DNA of 64,000 nucleotides, taken from NCBI RefSeq assembly GCF_021869535.1, contig NW_026262679.1, forward strand, positions 96,286,001 through 96,350,000, given 5' to 3'. A program made the translations under genes and the position numbers. Numbering within the stretch: position 1 is the first letter of the stretch; every line of letters starts with the position of its first letter. The notes below the pieces were generated by a model, which did no database searches, was not told the origin of the DNA, and was given only the letters and a program-made list of their open reading frames with translations. Of this stretch, positions 39,654-51,472 are shown one piece after another. The DNA comes from Mytilus californianus (taxonomy: Eukaryota).

Positions 39654-40075
39654 TTGATTGTTGATTGTTGGTTGCTTAACGTCCAGTGGCAAATATTTCA
39701 TGAATATTCAGGACGCGAACAAAATTAACAATAAATACAATAGGTAGGTTCTGTAATAGAGGCGTCCGGGATTAAGGTCGGAGAAATTTAGACTGCCAAA
39801 GGAAATGAGGGTATATTGGATAGGGACCGAAATTTAGCCTTGCAACAGGTCACCTACGGACCCCTCAAATAGTTGTTGCAAGGGTTCTTAACGTGCAAAG
39901 AGCGTGGCACTCTCTTTACACAAGGCATCGGATTTAACGTCCCCATTCTGACCGGACGTGGCTGCAAATTTGTACATCCCGCACAGCCAAACGGACGCCC
40001 CACTTTAGCAAGGGTTTTACTGCCGGTCGGAGGAAGACCAATGGTGACCATAGTTCTATTCCCCAGTCACCCTTG
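39654..40075 (-). mobile_element. SINE-like element with (AATC)n tail
   Basis: GC-rich body with ggggacgttaaatcc and ggcagtaaaaccc..gggcgtccgtttggctgtgcgggatgta (related fragment at ~19150-19230 +); tail ttgattgttgattg; no clear tRNA head. Confidence 0.65.
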
Positions 40076-40630
40076 GGGGTCACTGAATAGTAAGTTCATC
40101 GTAAACTGTTGGTTAAATGCCAAGAATTAAACTAATGCTATGTATTATTCATTGAGAACAAGAACACATTTTGCTCTTTTTTTCATTAGAATGATTATAA
40201 TTGATTTTTTTTTAATTTTTCTTACTTTTAATACGTTTAGCTACAAACTTGTAAATTGTATTTTAATTCCTATGATGAATACATTATATAGTGTGACAAT
40301 GTGCGATATTCATTTAATTTTTTTTTTCTATATTAAAGTACAGTTTTGGTTGTTAAATTCAAGTGGAAATTTATGTTTTCGAAGTTCATTCTGCACATTA
40401 AATTTTTTTATGTAAAGCGGAAAAAGAGATGAAGCATTGGTTGGTTTTATGAAGCCATAACCCAGTTTACATGTAAATATCTCGCTCCTTATTCATGTCA
40501 AATTGTAACACTTCAGGTATGAGGAAATTTGCGGGAACTTTACAGAGGCATAGCTTAGTAATATTATAAAATATTTAGTAAAGATATTTCCCAGATATTT
40601 TAATATTACCTATATTGGAAATAAATTTGG

Positions 40631-40637
40631 TATAAAA
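40631..40637 (+). promoter_or_regulatory. TATA box of CK2 distal promoter
   Basis: TATAAAA followed by tgcttta..cacact..tatatcagttgt; same context at 56028 (+) and 61871 (-). Confidence 0.65.
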
Positions 40638-40712
40638 TGCTTTACATTGCTTCACACACTTCTATATCAGTTGTGTCTTGTTACGAGTTAGTCGACATAT
40701 TTAAAAGATACT

Positions 40713-40721
40713 ATGAGATCA
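40713..40721 (+). CDS. CK2 distal exon 1 (M-R-S)
   Basis: ATG AGA TCA|gtaagtgtcg, 82 bp after TATA; phase 0 to exon 2 gives MRSSFVFVSVLCVLYNVLPLFA-MP signal peptide. Confidence 0.75.
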
Positions 40722-41425
40722 GTAAGTGTCGTGTATACTCCTAGCTCTCTGCTGTTCGCCATAATTAGTTTAATACCTACTTTTAGTGAACACGCTCGTT
40801 TCAATTGCAATTTTATTTTGCTTCATATTTGTACGAAATAGGTATATACGTGTATCCTTATATTCGTTTTCAGTATTAAGGAAAATAATAAATCATTCTT
40901 TTTTTAAGATCAACACACAAGTTTTAACGGAAGAGATACATTTTTCTATATTGAGGAAGTTGATAGATGATTTGATCATTTCTAAGAAATTACATTTAAC
41001 AAATAACACCTACCATTTTTTTTAATATCGCGTTCATGTCCGTCATTTGTTATTAACAAATTAAAATGTTCCAAATGTATAAAGAAATAAAAAAAAGGGT
41101 GTCATAATTGTACGTTGTCTGTTGATCAATCTTTATTTACTACATAAATACATGTAGAATTGGCTAAATGAATATAGTATACATTTTGGACACACTACTA
41201 GGAACGAAAATTATTAGCTTATGGGAATTTTACAAATGGATATTGAAAAGACTAAAAAAGAGTAAATATAGAACCTAATGTTTCGTGAGTAAGCACATAC
41301 TTTTTTTTTATTTATTAAAGACATTCCCCATTTATTTTCGCTACAGGTGATATTTACAAAAAATATAATTTTGTATTTAAAACGTTTTACAGTAATTTAA
41401 ATTCGTCAACATATTTTTGGTTACA

Positions 41426-41434
41426 ATGAAATCC
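41426..41434 (+). CDS. CK2 proximal alternative exon 1 (M-K-S), donor disturbed by an extra gt
   Basis: ATG AAA TCC gt gtaagtgtcg; homologous to CK3 61156-61148 (ATG AAA TCC|gtgagtgtcg). Confidence 0.45.
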
Positions 41435-42420
41435 GTGTAAGTGTCGTTCATTTACTTATCCCTCTACCCTTAAACAGAAAAAGTGTCAAAACCTACAATA
41501 AGTGGAGCAGATATTTCTCATCTATTTCATATGTCACTGTCCTTATTCATTCAATTTAACCAAATTTCTCAAACACAACAAAATTAAGTGTCTTTTTTTA
41601 AGCAAGTTTGGTTATTAATAACAGTTTCTTATATGTATGAAATATGTCCATATTTTTGTCTGTTTTTTGTATATTCTAATCTTACAATTATTTTAAAATC
41701 TTATTAAAACTATCCACAAATTATTTTTTCTATTCTGTAACGAATACAATATTTACTTCCTTTAAGAGAGGGGAATGATAAATGAAATGATATTTTTAAA
41801 ATGACACGAATTGTTTAAATTTATATATTAAGTGGTGATAACAATCACTAAGTTCTTTCCTATCGAAATTAAAGTTTAAGTAGCTTACAATAATAATGTA
41901 TCTGAAGGAGACTCAAATGATGAACTTGTCAAAATGAAAATGAAAACCTATAAAAGCGCTGAACCTTTAATATATTTGTTCTGGTCTATTTTATGTTATT
42001 TAAACCTAAGATATCAAGATAATGATTAAAAAGAAGCTTGAATATTTAATGAAAATAATTGACATAAGTGTTTTTTAAAGATTATGTCACTTTAATAAGG
42101 TCTACAACCCTAAATTGTATCAGGTACTGATTTTGTAGTAACCATTTCACTTATCATTTATAATTTCGCATTGAAAAAGATTTTGATTAATGTCTCTGTC
42201 ACAGCATTGTGTATTAAAATATGTGTCATATCTAACAATCTTCACATACACTTACACATATATTTAGCGCATTCTATTAAAATTACCGCATTTGACTTTG
42301 ACATTGTATACAAAATTATCTCAATGATAGTTCTTTAATGTACGCAATAATTTGAGCTTTATATTACAATTTGTGTAGATTTTTCTTTTAATACATTATG
42401 TGTAACATATATCTTTTCAG

Positions 42421-42588
42421 TCATTCGTATTCGTCTCCGTTTTGTGTGTTCTGTACAATGTACTGCCATTATTTGCAATGCCAATTTCCTGCAGTACTGA
42501 GTCGCCTGAAAATTATATGAGATTACAGATACTGGAAAGAGTCCATATCCGTATAAAACCATCAGCCGAATCTTTGAAACAAAAAATT
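42421..42588 (+). CDS. CK2 exon 2 (signal peptide + predicted helix A)
   Basis: atcttttcag| SFVFVSVLCVLYNVLPLFAMPISCSTESPENYMRLQILERVHIRIKPSAESLKQKI |gtaagt; 168 nt. Confidence 0.9.
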
Positions 42589-42873
42589 GTAAGTTTAATA
42601 ATATATTTTATCTTGATCATGTGTACTAGAAAATTAACAGATTGATATTCGGTTAGCAATCCGATTTTGAATTGATGCGAAAAGAAAAATATTGTAGCAT
42701 TTAATTTACCCGAATTATCTGTTTCCTACATCAGATAAGATAGTTCTTTCAAATTTTAACAATTGTTTTGTGTGTGTGGTAAAAAACGTATCTAAGATTT
42801 AAACCCACTGAGATCTTATAAGGTAGATATATTACTTTTTGATTTATAGTTATATAAGAAAATATTTATTCAG

Positions 42874-42978
42874 GGTTCAGTCATCCCAGACTGGGTTAAA
42901 CCATACTTAGACGCTGCACCTCCGGTAACTGGATTCCCTAGCATATCTACAAGTGGAAACTGCTCAGTTTGTAATCAG
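42874..42978 (+). CDS. CK2 exon 3
   Basis: tttattcag| GSVIPDWVKPYLDAAPPVTGFPSISTSGNCSVCNQ |gtatgt; 105 nt. Confidence 0.9.
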
Positions 42979-43431
42979 GTATGTTGGTATCATAAAATAC
43001 CTTTGATAAAACAAAACATTTAGTAGACTTTGAAAAATCTTTATCAATAGTAATATTTAAAGCAAATGTTATGTTATTTCAATAAGGGTAAGCAATGAAT
43101 TGTAAAAGATAAATTATTACAGTTTTTAAATGCCATTATATCTTAAGAAAATAGCACCGATTGAAAATTATGTATGGAGACCGCAAAAGGTGATTCAAGA
43201 GTATGCAAAATGACAATATCAATTAGTTTATTCTCCCCGGTAACTATTGACCAATATACGTATGCATAACACATCGCCAAGAAAGAAAATTATCGGATTA
43301 TAAAGAAAACGAAAAATTAATCAACGATCAAACTCATAATGATGATCATCCTATACGGTTTATGTTTATAAAACTAATCATTGCCTTTTACCGGTATTGT
43401 TTTGCTGACAATTGTCTACTTTTTTTGATAG

Positions 43432-43695
43432 ATAAGTGGCTGTTTTAATAACGACTGTGAACCACTTGAAATATTAATGAGGTTCGTTCACAGCGAGATG
43501 TCTTCTCATTATACTACAGACATAATGACTTTAACAGCAGATTTATCTGTAGTTCGTGAACAAATGGGTTGTGTAGCAATACACATAACACCGCCAGTAG
43601 ATATATTTCAAGAAAAAGATACGGATTATAGAGTTGCAAAAGATACCGTTGAATTTATTGATACACTGGAACAACGTTACGCTACAGTATACTAA
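43432..43695 (+). CDS. CK2 exon 4; full protein 181 aa, putative secreted four-helix cytokine-like
   Basis: ctttttttgatag| ISGCFNNDCEPLEILMRFVHSEMSSHYTTDIMTLTADLSVVREQMGCVAIHITPPVDIFQEKDTDYRVAKDTVEFIDTLEQRYATVY*. Confidence 0.9.
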   Translation: MSGCFNNDCEPLEILMRFVHSEMSSHYTTDIMTLTADLSVVREQMGCVAIHITPPVDIFQEKDTDYRVAKDTVEFIDTLEQRYATVY

Positions 43696-43705
43696 AGAAG
43701 GTTGT

Positions 43706-43748
43706 CCTATAAGTGTTATAGGTAAACAAACATGTTCAGTATCTGAAC
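43706..43748 (+). promoter_or_regulatory. Twin 3' UTR triloop hairpins of CK2 (CDE-like)
   Basis: cctataa-gtg-ttatagg (43706-43722) and gttcag-tat-ctgaac (43734-43748); candidate poly(A) signals ATTAAA 43940-45 and AATAAA 43986-91. Confidence 0.7.
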
Positions 43749-46511
43749 CTTAGAAGTGGTATCTAATATTTAGATTCATATCTTTTTGTTGCCGCATGTA
43801 CAACATTTGCTGTACTGTAGATAAATTGTTTCAATAGAGTTTATAACAGGCATTATATTTATCGTAAGAAATGTTGTAAGATATCTGATTCTATATATTT
43901 TCATTACTGTGATAATTATTATAAAATTGTATTATTACTATTAAATCAAAAATTGAATGTTTACATAGCAGGTACCAAACACAAAAATAAAGTCATTACC
44001 ACATCTACAGATAAACATATAGTTTTCGATGACACGGGTTTGTTAAATATGCCAAGTTTAAATTTGATAATTTAAATTCATTTCAATAAACAATTATACA
44101 ACCAATGAAACAAACAATTTACTATGCTATGGATTATCAATTCTAATATGACGTTCCCCTTTCGCTTTGGTAACAAAGCCATGTTCTAATTCAAACAAAA
44201 ACATGGACTGCAGGTGATTGACGTCACAATTGAAATTGCAACGTCAGTTGGTGGTGCTCGCTATAAGATTTAAATAAATTCATTTTAAAAGTAAGTTTAC
44301 ATGTATCTGTTCATGTTTTATCTTGAAACGGGTAATTTTATACAACTTTTTTGCTTCATCAAAACAAAATGGCTGCCTTTCGAACATCTTTTATAGGTCC
44401 GCTTCGAAGTACAAAAGGTCTTAATTTTCCTATTAGGCATTATATTTTTCAACATTTTGCACCTCGCTTACAGTCGGTAAAAAGATATTTTCAAATACAA
44501 TGCCTACCCATGTTATTAAATTAAGCATTTATTTATTTCTTAAATATGATTAAATGATAAATAATAGGTTATCAAGAATGCTTATTGTTGTTCAAGGTAC
44601 TTAACATTCAATAATAAAATTATTCACTACTACCTCCATATATGTTTTACCATTCTTTACTGAAATATATCAGTTGTCTGGTGTTTGATGTATATTATAT
44701 TACGCATTATCATTTTGTATTTTTTTGTTTTGTGTTTTATAATTATTTTTTTTTACCTAACATAGTATTTGCATGTGAAACGGATTTTGGATTTTATTTA
44801 TGTTCTATGTACGAGTTGTGTTCTCTATTAGGTCAATATTAATCTTTACCTCTTTGAATAACTGCATATGAATGTGTCGTGTGTTATACTTTATTAATTT
44901 AACTAATAATTTTAATAAGTATCTTAACATGATATATCTCAAATTGAATTGTGCAAAAATTCGGACTCCTATATTATCAGAGGAAATGGAGTAACCAAGC
45001 AATATAAATATTACCTTTTGTAGTAAAATTTATTGTATGTTATATACATCAACATTTGCCAACGACCCAGTTTTGCACTTGTGTTAAACGTTCTAGAATC
45101 AACAGTGTCACTAGTAATATGATTTATTAGTGTACACAATTTTCATATTTGCCCTTTTCTTCATTCTTCAATGCAATCTAGTAATTGATTTTTTTTTGTA
45201 TATAACTAAATGTTTTAAACCTGTATTTTATGTGATACATTTCATATTATTTGTTTTACTTACATGGTGTTTTATAATTTATTTTTTAATAAACATATCA
45301 TATTTGCATATTACTTATGTATTGTGTAAATTATTTCTGAACCAGGAATTTTCTTTTTATCTTATTAAGGTATCCTCTTTTTCCAAGCCATATTACATGT
45401 AGACAGCGCTTATCGTCGTGGTAAATGTAGCAAAACATATTATATTTTTGGCTGAAATTTAACAATAAAAATGCTCAGTTATTCATAACAAAACAGTGCT
45501 GTAATTTCATCTTTTTAAAATTAGAAAATAATAACATAGTAAAAATATCGTTCCTTATTGATAGGATGAAGATAACAATAGAAAGATAATCATGATAAAT
45601 TCTAATGCAATTATTTTGTACCAATAGTTCTGATTGGATGACAATAAGCGTAAAATTCTCTATCTCCCTGTCTGTAACTAAGGAAGCCGACATTTTGAAT
45701 TCCGGAATGTATTGACATGTAATTTCTTCAATAATAAACAAAAAACTCACATTTTGCACCTAGAAATCTTCTTTTAATCATATTTCATTACATTCTGAAG
45801 CGGACAAGAAGCCGGAAAACGCCCTGTGTTTACGTTTGATGCCGGAAGAATACCTATGACGTCACCTAGTTAAGGCGACAAAGAAGATAACATCATTTCG
45901 CGTAATTTTTGTTTAAAAACGCGTCGCCAGGTAAACTAAATTTGCGACAGTAAAACTACCGATGGACGTCCGCAAAGCTTTAAATACAATACAGTTATCT
46001 CTAAAATAAAGCCGACAGTGGTTTACCGATGTTCAAATATCCTAAATCAATTAAGAAGGGCAAAATCTAGGTAACAAATAAAAACTGAGGGAATCGCATG
46101 AAAACCAAAAGGAACGAGACCAGGTGCGTCGACAGGGTAAGCATCTTTTGCTATCCATGCATCCATCGCCATCTGAATAAACACTCTGTCAAAATGTCAC
46201 AATCGGGAATAATACAAACAAAATTACGAGTCAGACGACTATACTGGTATATAAGACCGCACAAAAGTCACAAGTGATTTGAGACACCGACACACCTTAT
46301 CGGTCAACCAATTCGTAATGGTTACCATAAACTTGTGAAGTGTCGATTTCAGTCGCTTTTCTCATAACTCCAATAAGGACCACACACCTGTTAAAGTAGT
46401 CCGTAAAGTGATAATGCACGAGCGGAACGTATTAACTGAGATATGTTAACGCCATACGATAAGGCAGAGGGTATATTACTGCTGAGAAATGGGAATTTGA
46501 CAATTTGATAG

Positions 46512-46890
46512 TTTTACGGACGCCATCACGAGTTGGTTTACCGTTATGGAATATCTGTTTCACAGATGACGACGGGTATGTTCTTATCGTCGTAATCACA
46601 ATCCCGTTCTCCTTTTCACCGTATGTGACCTACTGAATTAGACTTATCACAAGGTTTGTATATACATGAGCAACACTACGGGGGCCATATGTGGAGCAGG
46701 CTACCCTTCCTGAGAACCTGAGATCACCCCGGTTTTTGGTGGGGGTTCCTGTTGCTCAGTCTTTTGTTTTCCATATAGCGTTTTGTATACTGTTGTTGGT
46801 CTGTTGGTCTTCTTTATTTTGCCGTGGCGTTGTCAATTAATTTTTGACTTATGAGTTTGAATGTCTCTTTGATATCTTTCGCCTTTCTTT
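46512..46890 (+). mobile_element. Penelope-like RT extreme C-terminus plus 3' tail (third family)
   Basis: FYGRHHELVYRYGISVSQMTT motif followed by a tail; decayed relatives at ~30475-30660 (+) and 48755-48930 (-). Confidence 0.7.
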
Positions 46891-49439
46891 TGAAATTTTG
46901 ACGTCTGTCATACATTTCAGGTTTATTTATGTTTTTGTTACCCGCCTTTGATGCCATTATAAGATAAAATCAAAATGTTAATAAATTACCTCCGTCTGGA
47001 GTGCTTTACTGTCTGTACCTTCACCGGAACACTCAAACCCTTATATTGGAATGCCAGAAATGCGTAAATACGATACACCTGGAGCTATATGACCAAAGAG
47101 GATCTAAACATAATAGCCAAATTCATCTATATATTTAGGTCAACTTTTCCTGAGGGAGTTGAAATCTTGATTATATATATATATATAATAATGATTGAAT
47201 GGGTTTAGATCGGCATCGAAAAGATTACCGTTTATGAAGATGTATCAATTTTAATCATATGTATAAGTCATAAAGGTTCCTTTATCCTTGGTGTGAATAA
47301 TTTGACCAAAGGATGTACTTAGGCATAGAAGTAGACATTTTGTTTACGCCTACCCTTCATAAATTTGCTGTATTTACCATTTAAACTTATTAATATGCTG
47401 ATTGCATTTACAGTATGTAGTATTAATTTATTAGTTTAGATAACCAGAATAATTGCTATTCATGCTGATTTAATGGAGATAAATTAAGGTGACACATAAT
47501 CTAGGTGAATATTCCAAAAACTGATAACTTCATACAAAACGTACAGATCTATGGATATCCCTTTTTTTTTTAAATATCTTCAAATATCTTTTTCCCGACA
47601 AATTTTGCAGCCACACTGCCAAATCATATACTATATCTACTTCATACTAAACGTTTCCCCCAAATAAAGGACAAGAAAGTTACTACATGTCCAGTCTTGT
47701 TGCAATTAACAGTATGGCATGTTATTTAGACCTTTCTTTTACTAAACACGCTAGACTATTATTTTTAGGTAGGGTTGCTGTATAATTGTTATATACCCCG
47801 TTTCCATTCTATTTATATACAAACTAGAAAATACTAAGCACAAGCGCAGGAACAGATAACACTTTAAATAGATATATGTATGAATTTATAAATACAGCCA
47901 AGTTATTTTTTATCTTTTTAAAATTTCAGTTTAAATGAGTTTACCAGCATATGAAATATTCTAGTGATTCAAGCAATCATCGTTGGTGTCTATCAAAGAC
48001 AATTATTATATTCTACCATGGAAATTGAATGGTCTCGGCAATTTGTAATCTCTATTACAATTATGTATCGGTAAAAAATTGAATTTGTTAATTGTCAGAA
48101 ATTATTGATTAAAAGCGGTATACAAAATGATCAGGATGCATGGATGAAATATGTAGACTAAATATATAAACAATGGTAAAATGCAGCTAGATACGTCTTC
48201 ACATCTAAATATCTAGCATTGTGACGTCCATTTCTAGAATTTGCTAGTGCTGGGAAAATTTTATTTTCAAAAGTGCACTCAGTCTAATGTAAATTAACGT
48301 AAAAAATGCAAATACAAGAACAGCCTGAACAATATAAATTATATCTCTTACAGTTTGAAATTCGCGTGTACCTGTTAATTTAGCAAATTTTTCCCTTTAG
48401 TATTATACAATAGCATACGGGATGGTGAATTAATGTGTCTGTTTCTAATGATATAACAAATTGACTAATATCAATCTTTACACACACCTATAAAATTTCA
48501 TGCAGGTATACTTTATGTTGCTATATAAATAAAGAAACCGTCGTACACGGAAATCAATAAATAAAACATTCCATGCATCCCGCTTAGTCTACTAAAAAGA
48601 ATATGAATATTCGAGGATTTTTCTGCATTTGAATATATGTAAAGCACTTTCTTGATAATACATGTCCCTACTATTGGTTTACACAATTGAAATTCATTAT
48701 CATAATCAGTACTTGATAAATGTAAACAACAATATTGAAGCTTGTCTTGTTTTAAAGAGTTGGAAGACACCGAAGGGACAGTCGAAACTTATAAAATCGG
48801 AGAGAGTCCGACAAAAAAATGGCAACAAACGAAAAACGATAAAACGACAAACAACAGTCTACAAAACACTACATAAAAACATGAAGACCGTGCAGCAAGA
48901 ACCCTACCAAAATTCTGAGTGATCTCAGGTCAGTCTCAATCGGTGATTTCATAATCGAATTTTGATTGGTGCTACGATAAATCCAAAATATCTATTGTCA
49001 TCTGTAACTCAAAACTTTAATTACGGTCAACCAATTAGTCAACTCAACTAATGATAACCGGGAAGATAATATCACTTGATTGTAATCTTTTTAATTGTAT
49101 CTCGCATGCATCTTTTTGTCGTATCTTTAAATGTTGGCATGTTTAGTAGTCGTCTTATTTTTCTCTTTGGCGTTATTAATGGAATTACTATATAATTTTT
49201 CTGTCTATGGAGAAATAACATGAAAAATGTGGTGAACACTGAATAACCCGCGTAGCGGCTTATTTAAAAGTGGGCACCACATTTTTGAGGTTGTGACGTT
49301 AATCCATTCATGTGACGCGCAGTTTATATTTCGTTTGTGGTGTCCTGGTGTGCTGTCATAAATTCATGAGAGGTGTCCGTTGTTATTCTGCGGGTTACAT
49401 GTTATAATGTACTATTATATTAATTATTTGTGTATTTCT

Positions 49440-49800
49440 CTGTGCTGAGTGTTCTTGCGTTTGTTTGCACTGTATCCCTTTAACGTAGTGATGTCATTTT
49501 AGCTGTATTTTTAAAATTGCCATATAAGCGGGATGTTTGGTTAGCCAAAAAACCAGGTTCAACCAACCTTTTTTTCTTAAAATGTCCTGTACCACGTCAG
49601 GAACATGGTAGTTGTTATCACACAGTCCGTTTCTATGTATGTTGGCGTTTTCTTTTGTTGTAGTTCAGTGTTTCTGTTGTTTCGTTGTTTTCCTCTTATA
49701 GTTGATGTGTTTCCCTCGGTTTTAGTTTGTTACCCGGATTTGTTTTTGCTTAATCGAATTATGACTATTGAACAGCAGTTTACTACTGTTGCCTTTATTT
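49440..49800 (+). mobile_element. Dispersed non-autonomous repeat related to 34270-34610
   Basis: Shared aaaaccaggttcaac..cctgtacca.gtcagga.atg.agttg core; ends actactgttgcctttattt. Confidence 0.5.
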
Positions 49801-51472
49801 ATGTCAAATAGACAGAAAAATTTTACAGACATTCCTTATAATTTAATTCTTATTTCCATTTTTAAGAAGTAAATCATGAAAATTTGTTGATGACGTCACG
49901 GTCATATGGCAAAAAATTGTCTATGAGCTGATAGACAAAAATATCTCAGCCAGTCAGAAGACGTTTTACATCCAAAATCAAATTATAGACTCATTACTAA
50001 AATTTATAAGTGCAATGTTACTTTTCAATCACTGTGTCTGATATTTTTAACATTAACACCTGTTCACTAATTTATAGTTTGCAGCGTTTTTGTTTGTTTG
50101 TTTGTTCTGCACTATGATCATGTACAATGTGTTCTTGCTGTTGTGCAATATCATGTGTTTTCTGTAATGTGGATAACATTGATGTATTGAATTACTGATT
50201 TTTAATCATCTATAGATTTTCTGTAACGCCCCCTTCTTATTCCAGTATTTGAGATAAAAAAGGTAAAATACCAAAACGGAAAGTCCTTTATCAAATGGCA
50301 AACTTAAAAGCTCAAACACATTCAAACGAATGGAAAACAACTGTCATATTCCTGACTTAAAAGGGTTGTTATTGACAAACTAATTTAAACCTGCTGTCTA
50401 TTCATGTGACTGTCTTTACAAATTGTCGTGTGTATCATTTTTATGTTTTTATTACTCCGTTGAATTTTTTTTAAAACAAAGAACATTAGTACAGTAGTAT
50501 TAATCATTCACTATATAAGCATGTAAATTCAGCGTTGATAGGTTATCCTTTTAAAAAAATGTTTGCAAATTTTATTTACGATATTCCCATTTTGACATTT
50601 TTTATTAGCTCGACTTCATTTCTTAAATTTTCTTCAGTGTTGACACAAAAGGTTAAGACATGCTAACAACTCTTTTGTATAGTATCGTTTCCAACTTAAG
50701 GGAGGATACTATTTGGCAAGGTTTTAGTCTTAGTTCTAATTATTCTTTCTGTAATTAAGCATTCTATGTTGCTTGCGCTTTACTTTTCAAATATAATTTT
50801 TTCTTTTGATCAAAAGGAAATCATATGGTAACTTACAGTTGATCAAAATTATTGCATTGCTTTAGAAGCTACGTACGACATGATCACCCTTATTTAGATA
50901 ACAAGTAATAAAAGTTATATTATATGCAAAACAGGAATTGGAGAATATAACCAAAAATGGATGACATTGAGATCAGTGCATATAGCATTTCAACAAGAGT
51001 GGACAGAATTTTGCAGCCAATATGTAATTGTTATGAATTAAACACAGTTTGCCATTGATGAATTGTAGCACTCCTGGTTGTGTAAAGGGGTTCTTGTTTT
51101 CGTTTTACACTGGTGTGTCAGCTAGTTTGTTTTGTTAGAAAGATAAGCAATTCAAAAATATATTATTTCACACGAAGTGAACCATACTGAAATATATAGG
51201 TAAATGTTCTATAGGATATCTTATTACCTTAAAGGAGTATACACAATTTATTGGATTAAGGTATAAACTATTTGGTTGATTAACATATCCTGTAGTATAT
51301 TTCGACCAAATTTAAACAAATGATACATGAAAAATATTAAAAAATACATGAGATCAATACATATCCTACACATTTTTTTCTGTTTGGTGGAATTTTTATG
51401 TGAAAAGAAAAAGTCCTTTTGAAGACGTATAATAAAATAAGAGAAATAGTTTTTACAAATTTTCCTATAAAT

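Noticed and set aside
40520-41235. Near-matches to NF-kB/STAT sites in CK promoters (ggaaatttgc, gggaacttta, gggaatttta; ttcccctgaa at 55986)
   Set aside because: None is a full consensus and none is conserved across the paralogous promoters.
45795-45880. GC-richer patch with two ccggaa (ETS-like) and one tgacgtca (CRE)
   Set aside because: No adjacent exon or start found; tgacgtca recurs in several repeat-like contexts in the window (~3974, 19772, 44219, 49891).
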